A stretch of DNA of 64,000 bases from Eledone cirrhosa (Eukaryota). The stretch covers positions 91,326,001 through 91,390,000 of the forward strand of contig OZ024746.1 of assembly GCA_964016885.1 (NCBI GenBank), written 5' to 3'. A model generated the notes under the pieces. That model did no database searches. It was given only the letters and a program-made list of their open reading frames with translations, and had not been told where the DNA came from. Positions 27,776-42,348 of the stretch are shown one piece after another. Position numbers and translations under genes: made by a program. Numbering within the stretch: the first letter of the stretch is position 1; every line of letters starts with the position of its first letter.

Positions 27776-29154
27776 GCCCTACCTATAATATCAAAGTCTG
27801 ACCACAATACTGGAATTAATTTTATTCAGAAATTCAGGCGGTGGGGTGTTGAGTAATACAAACCTGTTGTTGATGTTGTCACTGTTGTTATTGCTGTTGT
27901 TGTCACTGTTGTTGTTATTGCTGTTGTTGTCACTGTTGTTTAGTTGGATGAGTCGATAACTTATTTCCAGCAATCTCTATCCTGGCCCAGTACCAAGTAT
28001 ATTAGTAAGTTATTTCTCAACTGTGAGTGCTAAAGATTCCAGATTAAAAAAGCCATTACGTTTCAAACTTGAACCATTTCATTCCAGGTTTGTTATGGAA
28101 CTTATTAAAGGTGTTGGTGGAGATTTAAGTGGGGGAATGTCTAGTAAATTATCCATTATCTGTCTCCATCATCCTCCACTCATTACTGCTTTGTGTCAGA
28201 TCTTATCACACCTCTCATCACTTCCTCCTTGTTTTATTATTTAGCTGTTGTTTTATGGAGGAAATAGGACATGGTCGTGGGTCAGAACTAATGGGTCCTA
28301 TTGGAGAATAAGGGAGAGAGGGGAGTGAAACGAATGTGTGAAATTGGTGCAATTCATTTAGTGTTTTTAAGAGATAGTGACTGAGATTAGTAACTTGTCA
28401 AAACACATGGCTGGCTAACTGGTTAAAAAATATATAGAAAAAATGTGAAGTTCTGAGGAGGGAAATTTATGTTAAGTGCTTAGAGTTCTTTTTTAGAGAG
28501 ATAAAAACTAAAATGAAATGTGATATTGAAATCTATAAACGAGGAAGGGAGATAACTCCTTTAAAATCAATTAATTGAAATGTTTGGTAAATATAGAAAA
28601 TGCCATATGATAGTGAAGAAGAGAAGGGAAAGACTGGAGGTGAGTGTGTAAAATTGGTGCAAGTCATTTAAAGTGAGGTCAGTAATGTGTCAAAACACAC
28701 ATGGCTGGTGAAATTCTGGTGAGGGAAATTTATGTCTGTTGTTGTGTGGGTGGACAGAATTAAACTGAAAGGTGGGTGGGTGGTGAGAAAGGTGTGTGTG
28801 ATATATTAGTTTAAAATTTATAAAAAAGGAAAGAAGATGACCTCTATGAAATCAATATATTGAATTTTTTATAAAATATAATATAGAAGTGGTCGTGTTG
28901 GTGACAGGACAAAAAGTGCCCAGTCTACACTGTAAAGTGGTTGCGTTGGTGACAGGACGAACAGTGCCCAGTCCACACTGTAAATGTGGCTGCCGTTAGG
29001 AAGGGCATCGACCCATAGAACCCAAGCCCCAAATGGTCTTGTATGACACGGTAATCTGATCTGGCTTGTCTCACAATAGAGTAACCCATCTAACCCATGT
29101 TAGTGTGGAAAATGTTTGTTAAATGATGATGATGATGATTTAGTCTTTAATCCA

Positions 29155-29190
<36 letters not shown>

Positions 29191-29789
29191 ATAATTGCTA
29201 TATTTGTTTATTTATTTTACTGCCAAAAAATGTTAACTTAATAGAAGCTAAAGTAAAATGATGAAAGATAGATATTGTCTTAAAAGGTTTTCTTTGGATT
29301 AACATCTATAGTGGAATCTTTCTTTCAAAGTATCAGTTATAACCTATCTTACCACTATACAACTCCAGTTCAAGTCGTTGGAGTTAGTTTTTTGTTGTTT
29401 TGTTTCAACGGGATGAGTATAAATGGTTGACTTACTTGTGTTGTCAACCAAATGTTATCACCTTATCTAAAACATTGGAATTTCTTGTAAATTGATAACT
29501 TTCGACTTTACTAAACAATTAAAAATATTTTCTTTTCTTTCTTCTCATTCCTATGTTGATTCTCTTTGTTCTGAGATTCTCTGACAAGAATGGTCTATGT
29601 TAGACAAATTCCTTCTTTACTTAGATGACAAGCAAATATTTTCTACACTCTTCAGAGCATATGGTTTTTACATTTCTTAAAAATGCCACTCCCATTTTTT
29701 TTTATTTGCTAGATCTATGACTCTTATTTATTATTGTTTCATTCTTGAGTTCAAATCCTGGGCAAGTCAATTTTGCCTTTCATCCTTCC

Positions 29790-29950
29790 CAGGGCTTCCA
29801 AGAGAAATTTTGCAAGGCTACAAGACTCTTTTGGGACTGGAATCAGGCAAAGATTTTTTCAAAATGGATGTTGAATTGTTGCTGTGAGGCCTTCTTAGTT
29901 CTTGGGCCCCGGAATAAAGTACCAACTGGACCCCTCCCTCATAGGCCCTG
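29790..29950. mobile_element. hAT-type MITE (161 bp) nested in a SINE family A copy
   Basis: CAGGGC...GGCCCTG ends; 8-bp TSD ATCCTTCC (29782-29789 / 29951-29958); SINE sequence resumes on both sides. Confidence 0.88.
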
Positions 29951-30049
29951 ATCCTTCCTGGGTTGATAAGATAAAGTACTAGTAAAATACTCATTTCTTT
30001 CAGTTGCTGTATTCAGGACACATAATCAGTGTAGCCCCTGTGTGATGGT

Positions 30050-30950
30050 GGAGCTCTCCTCACTAAGGATGGAACCCACCACACTGAATATGGAGCCTTC
30101 CACACTGAGGATGGGGCCCTCCACACTGAGGATGGGGCCCTCCACACTGAGCACGGAGCCCTCCACACTGAGGATGGAGCCCTCCACACTGAAGATGGAG
30201 CCTTCCGCACTGAGGATGGAGCCCTCCACCTGAAGATGGAGCCCTCCACACTGAAGATGGAGCCCTCCACACTGAAGATGGAGCCCTCCACACTGAAGAT
30301 GGAGCCCTCCACACTGAAGATGGAGCCCTCCACCTGAAGATGGAGCCCTCCACACTGAGGATGGAGCCCTCCACCTGAAGATGGAGCCCTCCACATTGAA
30401 GATGGAGCCCTCCACACTGAAGATGGAGCCCTCCACACTGAAGATGGAGCCCTCCACATTGAAGATGGAGCCCTCCACCTGAAGATGGAGCCCTCCACCT
30501 GAAGTTGGAGCCCTCCACCTGAAGATGGAGCCCTCCACCTGAAGATGGAGCCCTCCACCTGAAGATGGAGCCCTCCACACTGAAGATGGAGCCCTCCACA
30601 CTGAAGATGGAGCCCTCCACCTGAAGATGGAGCCCTCCACCTGAAGATGGAGCCCTCCACACTGAAGATGGAGCCCTCCACCTGAAGATGGAGCCCTCCA
30701 CACTGAAGATGGAGCCCTCCACCTGAAGATGGAGCCCTCCAACTGAAGATGGAGCCCTCCAACTGAAGATGGAGCCCTCCACACTGAGGATGGAGCCCTC
30801 CACACTGAGGATGGAGCCCTCCACACTGAGGATGGAGCCCTCCACACTGAGGACGGAGCCCTCCACACTGAGGACGGGGTCGTCCACACTGAGGACGGGG
30901 TCCTCTACACTGAGGATGGGGTCACCCACACTGGCGATGGAGCCCTGATA
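30050..30950. repeat. GC-rich 20/21-bp minisatellite (CTGAAGATGGAGCCCTCCAC(A))n
   Basis: Roughly 40 units, diverging toward both edges; explains the three long overlapping minus-strand ORFs. Confidence 0.95.
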
Positions 30951-31069
30951 CTGGCGCTGGAGTGAAATACTGGCATTGGTATAATTGATGTTCTCTGACA
31001 AAGTTTTGGATTTGTACCTAAATTAGAAACCATTCTTACAGATTAAGGTTTTAGATTTTCTGATAGGAA

Positions 31070-31535
31070 CATCTGGTGTTACATCTACTGTACATCTGGT
31101 GTTATATCTACATCTGGTGTTATACCTACTGTACATCTGGTGTTATATCTACTGTACATCTGGTGTTATATCTACTGTACATCTGGTGTTATATCTACAT
31201 CTGGTGTTATATCTACTATACATCTGGTGTTATATCTACTATACATCTGGTGTTATATCTATTATACATCTGGTGTTATATCTACTGTACATCTGGTGTT
31301 ATATCTACTGTACATCTGGTGTTATATCTACTGTACATCTGGTGTTGTATCTACTGTACATCTGGTGTTATATCTCCTGTACATCTGGTGTTATAACTAC
31401 TTACATCTGGTGTTATATCTCCTGTACATCTGGTGTTATAACTACTTACATCTGGTGTTATATCTCATGTACATCTGGTGTTATAACTACTTACATCTGG
31501 TGTTATGTCTCCTGTACATCTGGTGTTATAACTAC
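31070..31535. repeat. ~22-bp minisatellite (ACATCTGGTGTTATATCTACTGT)n
   Basis: About 21 units. Confidence 0.93.
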
Positions 31536-31709
31536 TGTATATACTGGAATATAAGGCGAGGAATATGTAGCCGAAACATCAATGGTAGAAATGGGGTCGA
31601 CTTATATTTGGGAGTCAGTATTTTGACAATTTTCACCCACTTCAAATAGATAAGGTTTAAATCTTTGCCCATCTCATAGTGGAGTCTGGTTTTAATTGAG
31701 TATATACAG
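31535..31709. mobile_element. Tc1/mariner-superfamily (Tc2/pogo-like) MITE
   Basis: TA|CTGTATATACT...AGTATATACAG|TA; similar terminus at ~48483. Confidence 0.7.
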
Positions 31710-32848
31710 TAAATTCTTGTTATTTTAATTACTTATAAAAAAACCCTCTTTATATTCTTCGCCTTAGAGATGGGTTTAAAATTTCAATTTCATTGAGACA
31801 TTGTTGTTTAGCCCCAGGCCATTTCTGATGAGTATACCTATGATTATAGGTATTCCAGCCATGACCATCCTGTTTTATTTTCAGCCTACGTAGGCTGTGG
31901 TTTGAAGGTGATTTGGCAGCTGTTTATAGCAGATGAAGCAACCACTTCATTGGCTTGGTATAGAAATGTACATGTGACTAGATTGATTAGGATTTAACTC
32001 TTTGACTGCTTCTCAAGTTAAATAATAAGAAGAAGAAAGGAGAAAATTAACCAGTAAAGTGGAAACTGAAAGTGATTTGGGACTGTCATGAGACGAAGGT
32101 CATCATAGGAACACTAAGTATGACCTCAAAGAGTTTCCAATGCTGGTTAAAGAACATTAGCCTAGCCACACAATAAAACCTTATAGGAAGGAGAATCTTA
32201 AAAGAAGGAAAATTTCAGCATGTAGTCTTAAAGGAAGGAAGGACAATCTGATGAGGAAGTCATTAAAAAAATGAAAGATTCTCTGAAAGAAAGAAGATAA
32301 ATGGAATATCATCGATGGAAGATAATTGATCATATGTCTGTTACATAAGACCTGCCCTGGGGCCAAATAAACACAACCAGCATTCATTTAGAAATCTGAA
32401 AATGAAATGAGTTTGGTGTAAGTTACTGCAGCTGACTTCTAATGATCATAAACTTTGTGTCTTTCATATAAACTACATTACGCTATTGCCATGTTTCCTG
32501 CTAATAATTGCTATGTCTACTATTATAGAACTGGAATATATGGGGAGCTGCTGCTGCTAATCTATGTTACTTATTAAATATGACAGCAGTAAGATATTAT
32601 TTTATTCTCTTAACTGGCTTCACATATTGGACTGTGGCCATGATGGGGCACTACTTTTTAAAGTGGTGTGTATGTATAGATCTGATAGAGTATAGTGGTG
32701 ATATACAGAAGGCACGTGGCCCAGTGGTAAGGATAACAGGAAAAGCTAACATTTGAACTCAGAATGTAACGGGCTATAACTCTATGCCACATCATATTGT
32801 CCGACACTCTACCAATTCTAGCAATCCTTCACTCTTCTATCTAATAAT

Positions 32849-33025
32849 TGTTTCTACTTTTGGCACAAGACCATCAATTACCCAGTACATTACTGGTACT
32901 TTATTTTATCGACCCCGTAAGGATGAAAGGCAAAGTTAACCTCGGCGGGATTTGAACTCGGACCGCAAAGGGACGTAACTATGCTGGAAAGCATCGCGTC
33001 TGACCCTCTACCGATACTGCCAATC
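32849..33025 (-). mobile_element. Young SINE family A copy inside a cluster of three
   Basis: Flanked by the direct repeat CACTCTTCTATCTAATAAT (32830-32848 / 33026-33044); older copies on each side (~32750-32830, ~33045-33255). Confidence 0.85.
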
Positions 33026-33571
33026 CACTCTTCTATCTAATAATGGTTTCTGATCCAGAGACAAGGTTAACAATTTGTGGGGAGCAATAAGTCGATTAAA
33101 TGAGCCCCATTGTGTTACTGGTACTTTATTTTATCAACCCTTTAAGAAAGAAAATCAAAGCTAACCACAATGGGATTTGAACTCGGAATGCAAATAGATG
33201 TTACTACACACCACAAAGCCTATATTGTTTGATGCTCTACTGACTGTATCAATCTAACTCTCTATTTATCTAATATTGCCACTTGAGGAAGTTGTCACAA
33301 CATTGGTGTTTGATGTTAATACAGTGTTGGTGTCAAAGTTGAAGTAACTTGTTTAGAAATGACACTTTAGTAAGCTTAGAAGTAGGAGAGGAGGGTGTGG
33401 TGGAGGGTGATGATGGGTGGTGGCAGTGAAGAGACAAGGACTCTTTGATCTCATGCTAGACTGGAATGGAAATTATCTTTCTAGCATTGCTAGAGCTTTA
33501 CCTTCCATTGACATTCGGAAATGGTTCAAATTACATTCTGCTATATACAAACCTTTTTTTTTCTTTACCTC

Positions 33572-33626
<55 letters not shown>

Positions 33627-33641
33627 TAAAAATATACATAT

Positions 33642-33682
<41 letters not shown>

Positions 33683-33811
33683 TATATACACACATATATA
33701 TATACACACATATATATATACACACATACATATATATACACATATATATATATATACACACATATATATATATACACACATACATATATACACACATACA
33801 TATATACACAC

Positions 33812-33842
<31 letters not shown>

Positions 33843-34087
33843 AGCTAGGTTAAGAACTTATGCGAATAGAATGCTGCACTTTTGATGGATAGTAGTTTTT
33901 ATATTTAAGCCATCTCCTTCAAAATAAAACCTATCAAAGTGAAACTATATATATTGGAGAAACATGTATTGATATTGTGATGACAGAGTTAGTGTTGTTA
34001 ATATTGTCATCGTCTGGGCTAACATATTAACAGTTCTGTCTACTGGGACTATGAGCTAACATACGCCTCATATTTTACAACCGACAT

Positions 34088-35720
34088 AGATATCTATACT
34101 ATAGATATATACTATACATCTATACTATACATATATATATATCTATAGTATAGATATATACTATATATATCTATAGTATAGATATATAGTATATATCTAT
34201 ACTATAGACATACTATATATCTATACTATAGATATATAGTATATATCTATACTATAGACATACTATATATCTATACTATACATATATAGTATAGATATAT
34301 ACTATATATCTATACTATAGATATATATATATCTATACTATAGATATATAGTATATATCTATACTATACATCTATACTATATATCTATACTAGAGATATA
34401 TACTATAGATATATACTATATATCTATACTATATATCTATACTATATATCTATACTATATATCTATACTATATATCTATACTATATATCTATACTATATA
34501 TCTATACTATATAGCTATACTATATATCTATACTATATATATCTGTACTATATATATCTATACTATATATATCGATACTATATATCGATACTATATATGT
34601 ATACTATATATCTATACTATATACATCTATACTATATCTATCTATACCATATCTATACTATATATCTATACTATATATACATGTACTATATATATATCTA
34701 TACTATATATATATCTGTACTATATATCTATACTATATATATATATACTTTATATATCTATACTATATATATCTATACTATATATATCATCATCATCATC
34801 ATTTCATTTTACGTTCGCTTTTCCCTGCTTGCAAGGGTGGGATGGGAACTGATTCTGGCTTGATTTCTACAGCTGGATGCCCTTCCTAACACCAACCTCA
34901 TTTACAGTGAGTGCTGGGTGCTTTTTTTTTTTGCTGTGGCACCTCCACGACCCCTTTGCAGTGGAATGATAGGGACCCCAGTCCTATCATCTCATTTCTA
35001 CAGCTGAGTAAACTGGAGCAATCTGAAATAAAGTGTCTTGCTCAAGGAAACAACACATCACCCGGTCTGAGAATTGAACTCACAACCTTTCGATTGCAAG
35101 GCCAATGCTCTAACCACTAACACATGTGCCTTCATCTATACTATATATATCTATACTATATATATCTATACTATATATATCTATACTATATATCTATACT
35201 ATATATCTTTACTATATGTATCTATACTATATATCTTTACTATATGTATCTATACTATATGTCTATACTATATATCTATACTATATATATCTATACTATA
35301 TATATCTATACTATATGTCTATACTATATATATCTATACTATATATATCTATACTATATATATCTATACTATATATCTATACTATATATGTATACTATAT
35401 ATCTATACTATATATATCTATACTATATATATCTATACTATATCTATCTATACTATATCTATACTATATATAGCTATACTATATCTATACTATATATAGC
35501 TATACTATATCTATACTATGCTATATCTATACTATATATATCTATACTATATATATATCTATACTATATATATCTATAATATATATATCTATACTATATA
35601 TATATATCTATACTATATATCTATACTATATATATCTATACTATATATATCTATACTATATATATCTATACTATATATATCTATACTATATATCTGTACT
35701 ATATCTATACTATATATCTC
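34088..35720. repeat. (TATCTATACTATA)n minisatellite interrupted by a SINE
   Basis: 13-15-bp units; orientation flips within 34088-34400. Confidence 0.9.
34788..35132 (-). mobile_element. SINE family B with alternative RTE tail
   Basis: Family B head and body joined to CCCACCCTTGCAAGCAGGGAAAAGCGAACG..(GAT)n. Confidence 0.8.
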
Positions 35721-36272
35721 TACATTAGGTGGCTATTGTGGTCTGCTTTCGGTAACTGATTTGGGGGGAATGTGTGGTCCATGTTTGATTTGGTTTGGTT
35801 TGCAGTAGACATGGGTACAGGTTGGTGTTGAGGGTGTTTACAGAGGGTTAGTAGATTGATTGGAGCAATAACAGTCTTATTTATACACACATATATATAT
35901 ATATATACACTCTATAAACTACAGCTGTCTTAAACTTGGAGCACAACCCAATGAGAAACAGACCCCATATCAGCATTGAGTGCTTTGCCGCTAGTAACCA
36001 CAAGTTACTCACATAATAACCTATATATATATATATATAAGCAAAAGGGATATTTAATTTGTTGGTAATTCAACAAATATATATGTTTATAACTGATTCA
36101 AAGAACTCGACAGGTTTTCTGGAGTATAATATTCAATGAAATTAAATAAATGGAAACTCTATTTATAAAACCATATTTATTCTATTATATATATTTCAAA
36201 GGTACCAAACTTTGGTATGCTTGAAATATATATAATAGAATAAATATAGTTTCCCTTTATTTAATATCATTG

Positions 36273-36306
<34 letters not shown>

Positions 36307-37864
36307 ATTGCCTATGGTACAACATGTTGCCTGTATTGTACTTATGTGAACCACCTGACAGAGTGAACTGGGTGTTTGTTGTGTCAACAGGTCAAGCACC
36401 TTCCAGGATGGAGTTTAAATAGTAGGGGATCTAGAGTGTTGCTTCTTCATCAATTTAGCAATGGGAGATAGACTCTACTTAATACATGTTGAGTTAGGAC
36501 ATATGATGGTCAGACTGCTACATGTTGAGTTAGGACATACAACGGTCAGACTGCTACATGTTGAGTTAGGGCATATGAAGGTCAGACTGCTACATGTTGA
36601 CTTTGGATATATGAAGGTCAGACATACTATTAACATGACAATGTGTATATTACCATTTTACTGTTACATAAGCCAGAATCATAAGAAAGCAGTTTCAATG
36701 AATATCTTCTATAAGACACAATGTAACATGAATGCAGCATTTTGCCAAAATAGTGGCAGGATTTGGTGTTTCTTCTTAATTTGGTTTCAGATTCAGTTAA
36801 AACTCTTGAGAATATGACTAGCATTTAAGAATGTGTTGAAGAATAGTATTAACTGCTAGCTAAATGATAAATATATTATTAACTGGGTGGGAAAGGAGTA
36901 CGTGCCAAGACGGTAGTTCATTTGAAAAACAGGCAACAATAGATTTTAGTGGTTAGTGCTGCCAAATATAGGTTCAAAGAGAAATCAATAAAGAATGGTT
37001 AGATTCAATTCTTTGGTCAATAGAAAGATATCAGTTGAGAATAATAACAAGCTATAGTTCAAGAAAACTTCATTTGTGTGAATAGTAACTAATGTAATTC
37101 AGATGTTGTTTTCTTGAACTACCATAGTTACCATAAAGCTTTGTATTTCTATAGTTGTGTCATGGAGTTGTGCTAATTGTCTGGAAAGTTGTGGGGTTTG
37201 TAATGCAGGTTCACTTTACAGCTGAATTATTTTATTTCATATTCTACCTCTTATCTATTATTTTTATGTAATTTTATCCTAGGAATATATTTGAGTATTT
37301 TGTTATATAAAATTACGATAGAAAATTATTTTTAAAATTTTAGAAAATTACATTTGACTAAATGAAGGGACAGAAAATACAACCACCTCACAAGTACTAA
37401 TCTTTGACTAACTAATACAAGTACTAATCTTCGACTAACCAATAAAAGTATTAATCTTCGACTAACCAATCATCTCGTCAGTGATGAGTTATGTCCATTG
37501 GTGAAAATAATTGACTCTGTTCCATAAGCCATAGTGAAGGCAACCCATTTAGGAGATCAGACAGCCTGTTTAGTGCTGGTGGAACAAATAATGCACTCAG
37601 TCCATGCTGTAAAGGGGTTGGTGAAAGGAAGGGCATCCATGCCCCCCAAATATTAACAGCACCATATGTATGATTAATTCTTGCTCAGTCAACTTTGATA
37701 AGAATAAGATGTGGAGGTATAGGCAGCTTCAATGTTACTGTATGATAGTTTCCTTAGTTTCAAGTGCTTAGTTTTATGTTCTATCATTGTATTCAGCTGT
37801 GGTTTAATGTCCAAATAGATTATAGGACTTAGTAAAACTAGGAAATCAAATTGTTAGAAATAAA

Positions 37865-38110
37865 TATCATTATCATCATCCGAAGGCCTCAGCCGAAATC
37901 GACTCAACAATTGATCTCCACGTGGGTCTGTCGTTCATTGCCGTTGCCAAGTCCTGGATTTCAATACCAGAATCTCTGGAGATGACATCGGGATAGGAGA
38001 GCTTGCACCCCCTGTTATTAGTGACTGCTTGTGGTTTCCAAAGCTCTAGTGGGGACACAGCCTCATAGGTGGCACGATGGCAGTGGCCAGCACATCTTAT
38101 TCTCCTTTTA
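37865..38110 (-). mobile_element. LINE (RTE-like) 3' end with (GAT)n tail
   Basis: RGCKLSYPDVISRDSGIEIQDLATAMNDRPTWRSIV followed by a stop and GAT repeats. Confidence 0.7.
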
Positions 38111-38245
38111 GGTACAACGATAATGTGGTGTCAGCTTCTATCCCACTTCATGGCACCTTGGACAAGTGTCTTCTACCATAGGTCCAAGCTGACCAATAAC
38201 TTGTAAGTGAAATTTTTAATAGAAACTGTATGAAACTCATTATAA

Positions 38246-38422
38246 TTGGCAGTATCGGTAGAGAGTCGGACATGCTTTCCAGCATAGTGTTACATCCCTT
38301 TACAATCTGAGTTCAAATTCCGCCGAGGTTAACTTTGCCTTTCATCCATACGGAGTCGATAAAATAAAGTACCAGTAATACACTGGGTATTTGTTGGTCT
38401 TGTACCAAAAGTAGAAACAATT
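38246..38422 (+). mobile_element. SINE family A copy
   Basis: TTGGCAGTATCGGTAGAG...AAAAGTAGAAACAATT. Confidence 0.85.
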
Positions 38423-39124
38423 ATATATCTGTGTGTGCGTGTGTTTGTCTCTGTATATTCTTTGCATTAGATTTGACACAGCGTATGTGACGGCTTGCTG
38501 TGTGAAGATCAATAAGTTAATTAAAAAATAAAGAGGAGTTGGTATGAGGGAGGGCATCTATGCATAAAATCCTGTTTAAAAGAAAACTCGTCAGTCCATG
38601 TTAGCATAGATAAAACAGATGTAAAACAATAACGATAATTAAAATTATTACAAAATCCCTAATTACATACTGCAGTGTTAATCATTAATTATCTAAATTT
38701 TTAGGAGTAAGTTTGGTGGTGATGGAGGATGTAAATTAATTGCTCTTTAGGGTTTTATAAGGAAATATAAATTAAAAGGCTTGCATCTTTAAAAAAAAAG
38801 GTATCCTTTAGTTTTGGGAATATAAATCATTCTAGTTAAAATCTGTGAAGTTTCTAATTTGTCAGCATCATTTCATTTGGTTATTAATATATTTAGATGA
38901 TGAATTCTGATTTTTACTTGCAGCTAAATTTAATTACTTTAATTTTTTGTGATTTTTGGAAATTAATGAACTTTTGTGCTTACAGACCATTTATCATAAT
39001 CATCATCACCATCGGAGGAGTGGAGGGGGAGAGGGGTGCCCTTCCCAGGTGTTCTCAAAGTGGCAGGTGGTTCAGGATTGATTGATTCATAGTTTTGCTT
39101 TCACTTTAGCAAATTGACTGTCTA

Positions 39125-40170
39125 TGTACACACACACACATGCACTTATGTCTACACACACACACACACTCACGTCTACATACACACACTCACGTCTACA
39201 TACACACTCCACATCTACATATACACACACACTCACATCTACATATACACGCACTCACGTCTACACACGCACTCACATCTACACACACACACACACTCAC
39301 GTCTACACACACACACACTCACGTCTACATACACACTCTCACACCTACATATACACACACACACACATCTACATATACATGCACTCACGTCTACATATAC
39401 ACACTCACGTCTACATACACACACTTACATCTACATATACACACACTCATGTCTACATACACACACTCATGTCTACATACACACACTCATGTCTACATAC
39501 ACACACTCATGTCTACATACACACACTCACGTCTACATAGATACTCTCACATCTACATATACACACACACTCACATCTACATATACACACACTCACGTCT
39601 ACATATACACACACTCACATCTACACATACACACACTCACATCTACATATACACACTCACATCTACATATACACACTCACATCTACATATACACACACTC
39701 ACGTCTACATATACACACACTCACATCTACACATACACACACTCACATCTACATATACACACTCACATCTACATATACACACTCACATCTACACATACAC
39801 ACACTCACATCTACATATACACACACTCATGTCTACATATACACACTCTCACATTTACATATACACACTCACATCTACATATACACACACTCGCGTCTAC
39901 ATATACACACTCACATCTACACATACACACACTCACATCTACACACACACTCACATCTACACATACACTCACATCTACATATACACGCACTCACGTCTAC
40001 ATATACACACTCACGTCTACATACACACACTCACACTCACATCTACATATACACACACTCACGTCTACATACACACACACATCTACACATACACACACAA
40101 CTGCACACACATGCACATTTGCACATACACACACGTCTACACACACACACTGACACCTACACACACACAC
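39125..40170. repeat. (CACACTCACATCTACATATA)n minisatellite
   Basis: 20-22-bp CA-rich units; His/Thr-rich ORFs are artefacts. Confidence 0.93.
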
Positions 40171-40294
40171 TTAACCCTTTGCCGTCTCTTCCTAGACTCT
40201 GAGTACTTTTGCAACCCCTCTCTCTCCTCACCATTCTTCGACCCACTCACACACCCTACCCCCCACCCCGGACCACTACCCTGCTTTGCTCTTC

Positions 40295-41560
40295 GCGTAT
40301 ATTACTATTACACATCCATCGGAGCATGCAAGCTTCCTTTCTTTCTAATCTATGCAAGTCTTCTACACACAACACCCAGGTCTCACTACCATGTAACATT
40401 GCTGTTCATATACACGCATCATACAGTCTGCCTTTCATTTTGAGGGAAAAAGCCTTTTGCAGCTAGCAGTGGTAGTAGCTCCCTGAACTTCTTCCATCCC
40501 GTTCTTACCCTGGTTACTCTACTTTCCGAACACCCCACCTCCACTGCTAATTCGGTCACCTAGGTAGCAGAAGCTGTCTACTGTTTCTACCGAACCTTAA
40601 ATAATAATAATAATAATGAAAATATTGTGTACAGTGCTCAGGTGCACTACAACTCGTCAAAAGTGTATGTATAGTACATAGGGTAATGTACAAACGTCAG
40701 GAAAATGAACAGTGCATGAGTCATGATATACACGTGTGCATGTGTATGGAAGCAGGACATCAGGTGTAGTTTTGGCGAATTTCGGGAAGCATGAGGGTTT
40801 TAAAGGATGCAGTGTCTCGGCAGCTAACATCTGACGCAGGCAGTTTGTTCCATGCTTCAGCAACTCTAAGCGTGAAAAAATGTTTCCGAAAGTCATGGGA
40901 ACTGTGCTGTGTTCTGACTTTGTAGGCATGTCCTTCCCAGAGTTTGGTAGTGTTTGTTTCCTGTGGCAGTTTGCTGCTTACTACCCCAGTGCAACTGCTA
41001 TATGTAAAGCCTACATTCTTAGTTAAACTTCCTGAGATCCCACTACATCTCTTGTGTACCCATAGTTTGCATTTGGGGTAGAGGATGGAATTCCTAGCTA
41101 CACCTTTCCTACATACTGAACAAGGACATTTCCCTGAGGGGATCTGGGTTCTGTTTTCTCTACTTATGAGGACCTTGGTCTTTGTGAGGTTGACTCTGAG
41201 ACCCCTTCTTTCTAGTCCTTGCTTCCATGTTTCGAATTTCTTCTTTAGTTCCACCATAGATTCAGCTATAAGTATAAGATCATCCATGTACAGAAGTTCC
41301 CATGGGCATTCGGTCTTAAACCCTTCTGTTATTGCGTGCAAAACGATAATACACAGGAGAGGGCTAAGAACAGAGCTCTGGTGGACACCAAGCTGTATGC
41401 TAAATTCCTCGCTATAGTCATTGCTAACCTAACTTTGCTGACTGCTCCCCTATACATGGCTTGTACAGCCTCCACAAGCCATTCATCTACTCCTTGTTTT
41501 CTAAGAGCCCACCAGATTACAACATGGGGCACTCTGTCAAAGGCTTTTTTCCAGATCGAC
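40295..41560 (-). mobile_element. RTE-clade LINE fragment split by a nested CR1-like insertion
   Basis: KAFDRV, ELLYMDDL and CSVC..KCKLWVHKRC in 40931-41560; YLGDRIS..KFRELLPLL in 40295-40590; colinear with the 8292-8992 copy. Confidence 0.9.
40600..40930 (-). mobile_element. CR1/L2-like LINE 3' end with (TTA)n tail
   Basis: HAYKVRTQHSSHDFRKHFFTLRVAEAWNKLP..V....ASFK, a typical CR1-group ORF2 C-terminus, then 3' UTR and AAT repeats. Confidence 0.85.
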
Positions 41561-42348
41561 AAATGCCATATAAATAATTTCGTTTTTAAAAATAGAAATT
41601 AAAAGAACCCCAAAACACTGAAAATAATTAGGTGGAGAAGTTAAAACAGCTCAAAATACTGTAATTTGTTATAATAAACTGTACAAAAGGCGGTTTCATA
41701 CTTCCTTGAAAGATTTTTCAAATAAGTATGTGTAAAAAATCCTATTGTGTTAAAAATAATAATTACGTGTGAAGCAAATTATTCATTAAAGTATTACCAA
41801 ATACCATATATGTGAATAATAATAAACACCACGTGGTAGATGACAACATCATCTCTTTGTTCCATCAGTAGCAGAGAGAAAACAATTGACGTTTTGGTGT
41901 GTCTTGCTCCTTGTCAAGATTGTGAATTCTGCTCATTGCTTCCCACTGGAACTGCTGAGTATATATAGTATTCTCCAATGTATACATTGGCTGATAAGCC
42001 TCATTTGCATACCGAGTGATTTTATGGGCAGCTTTGCTGAAAATAAAAAAAAAAAAATTTGTTTTTGGTCTTAACACTTGATATATGTTTTGGTGGTCAG
42101 AACCTGCCTCAGCAGAGCCCCAACATCCTTTGGTTGAGGTCCATCAAGAGTGGAGTGTTTCCTACGCCTTCATCTTTTGTGCTGATCATTTATGATTTTT
42201 CTTACTGTTTCTTTAGCATTTGTAAAATGTACAGCAGTAGCAGGTTGCTAACCCAACACCCACCACCTGCATTGGTCAGTTATTTACCCATTGGACCAGT
42301 CGTTGACACCCCTTCACGATGATGTGATGTCCGGCTATATATATGTTT

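Noticed and set aside
30013-31001. Long ORFs (249-312 aa) and repeated CTGAAGA+hairpin resembling a hammerhead or CRISPR array
   Set aside because: Head-to-tail 20/21-bp minisatellite: no unique spacers, no GAAA half-core, ORFs open in several frames by repetition.
33870-33925. Minus-strand UUGAAGGA-gaugg..ccauc-AAAA
   Set aside because: Both core halves mutated; cannot be supported.
37440-37485. Minus-strand CUGACGA..GAAG motif next to a 27-bp triplication
   Set aside because: GAAA broken and no stem I.
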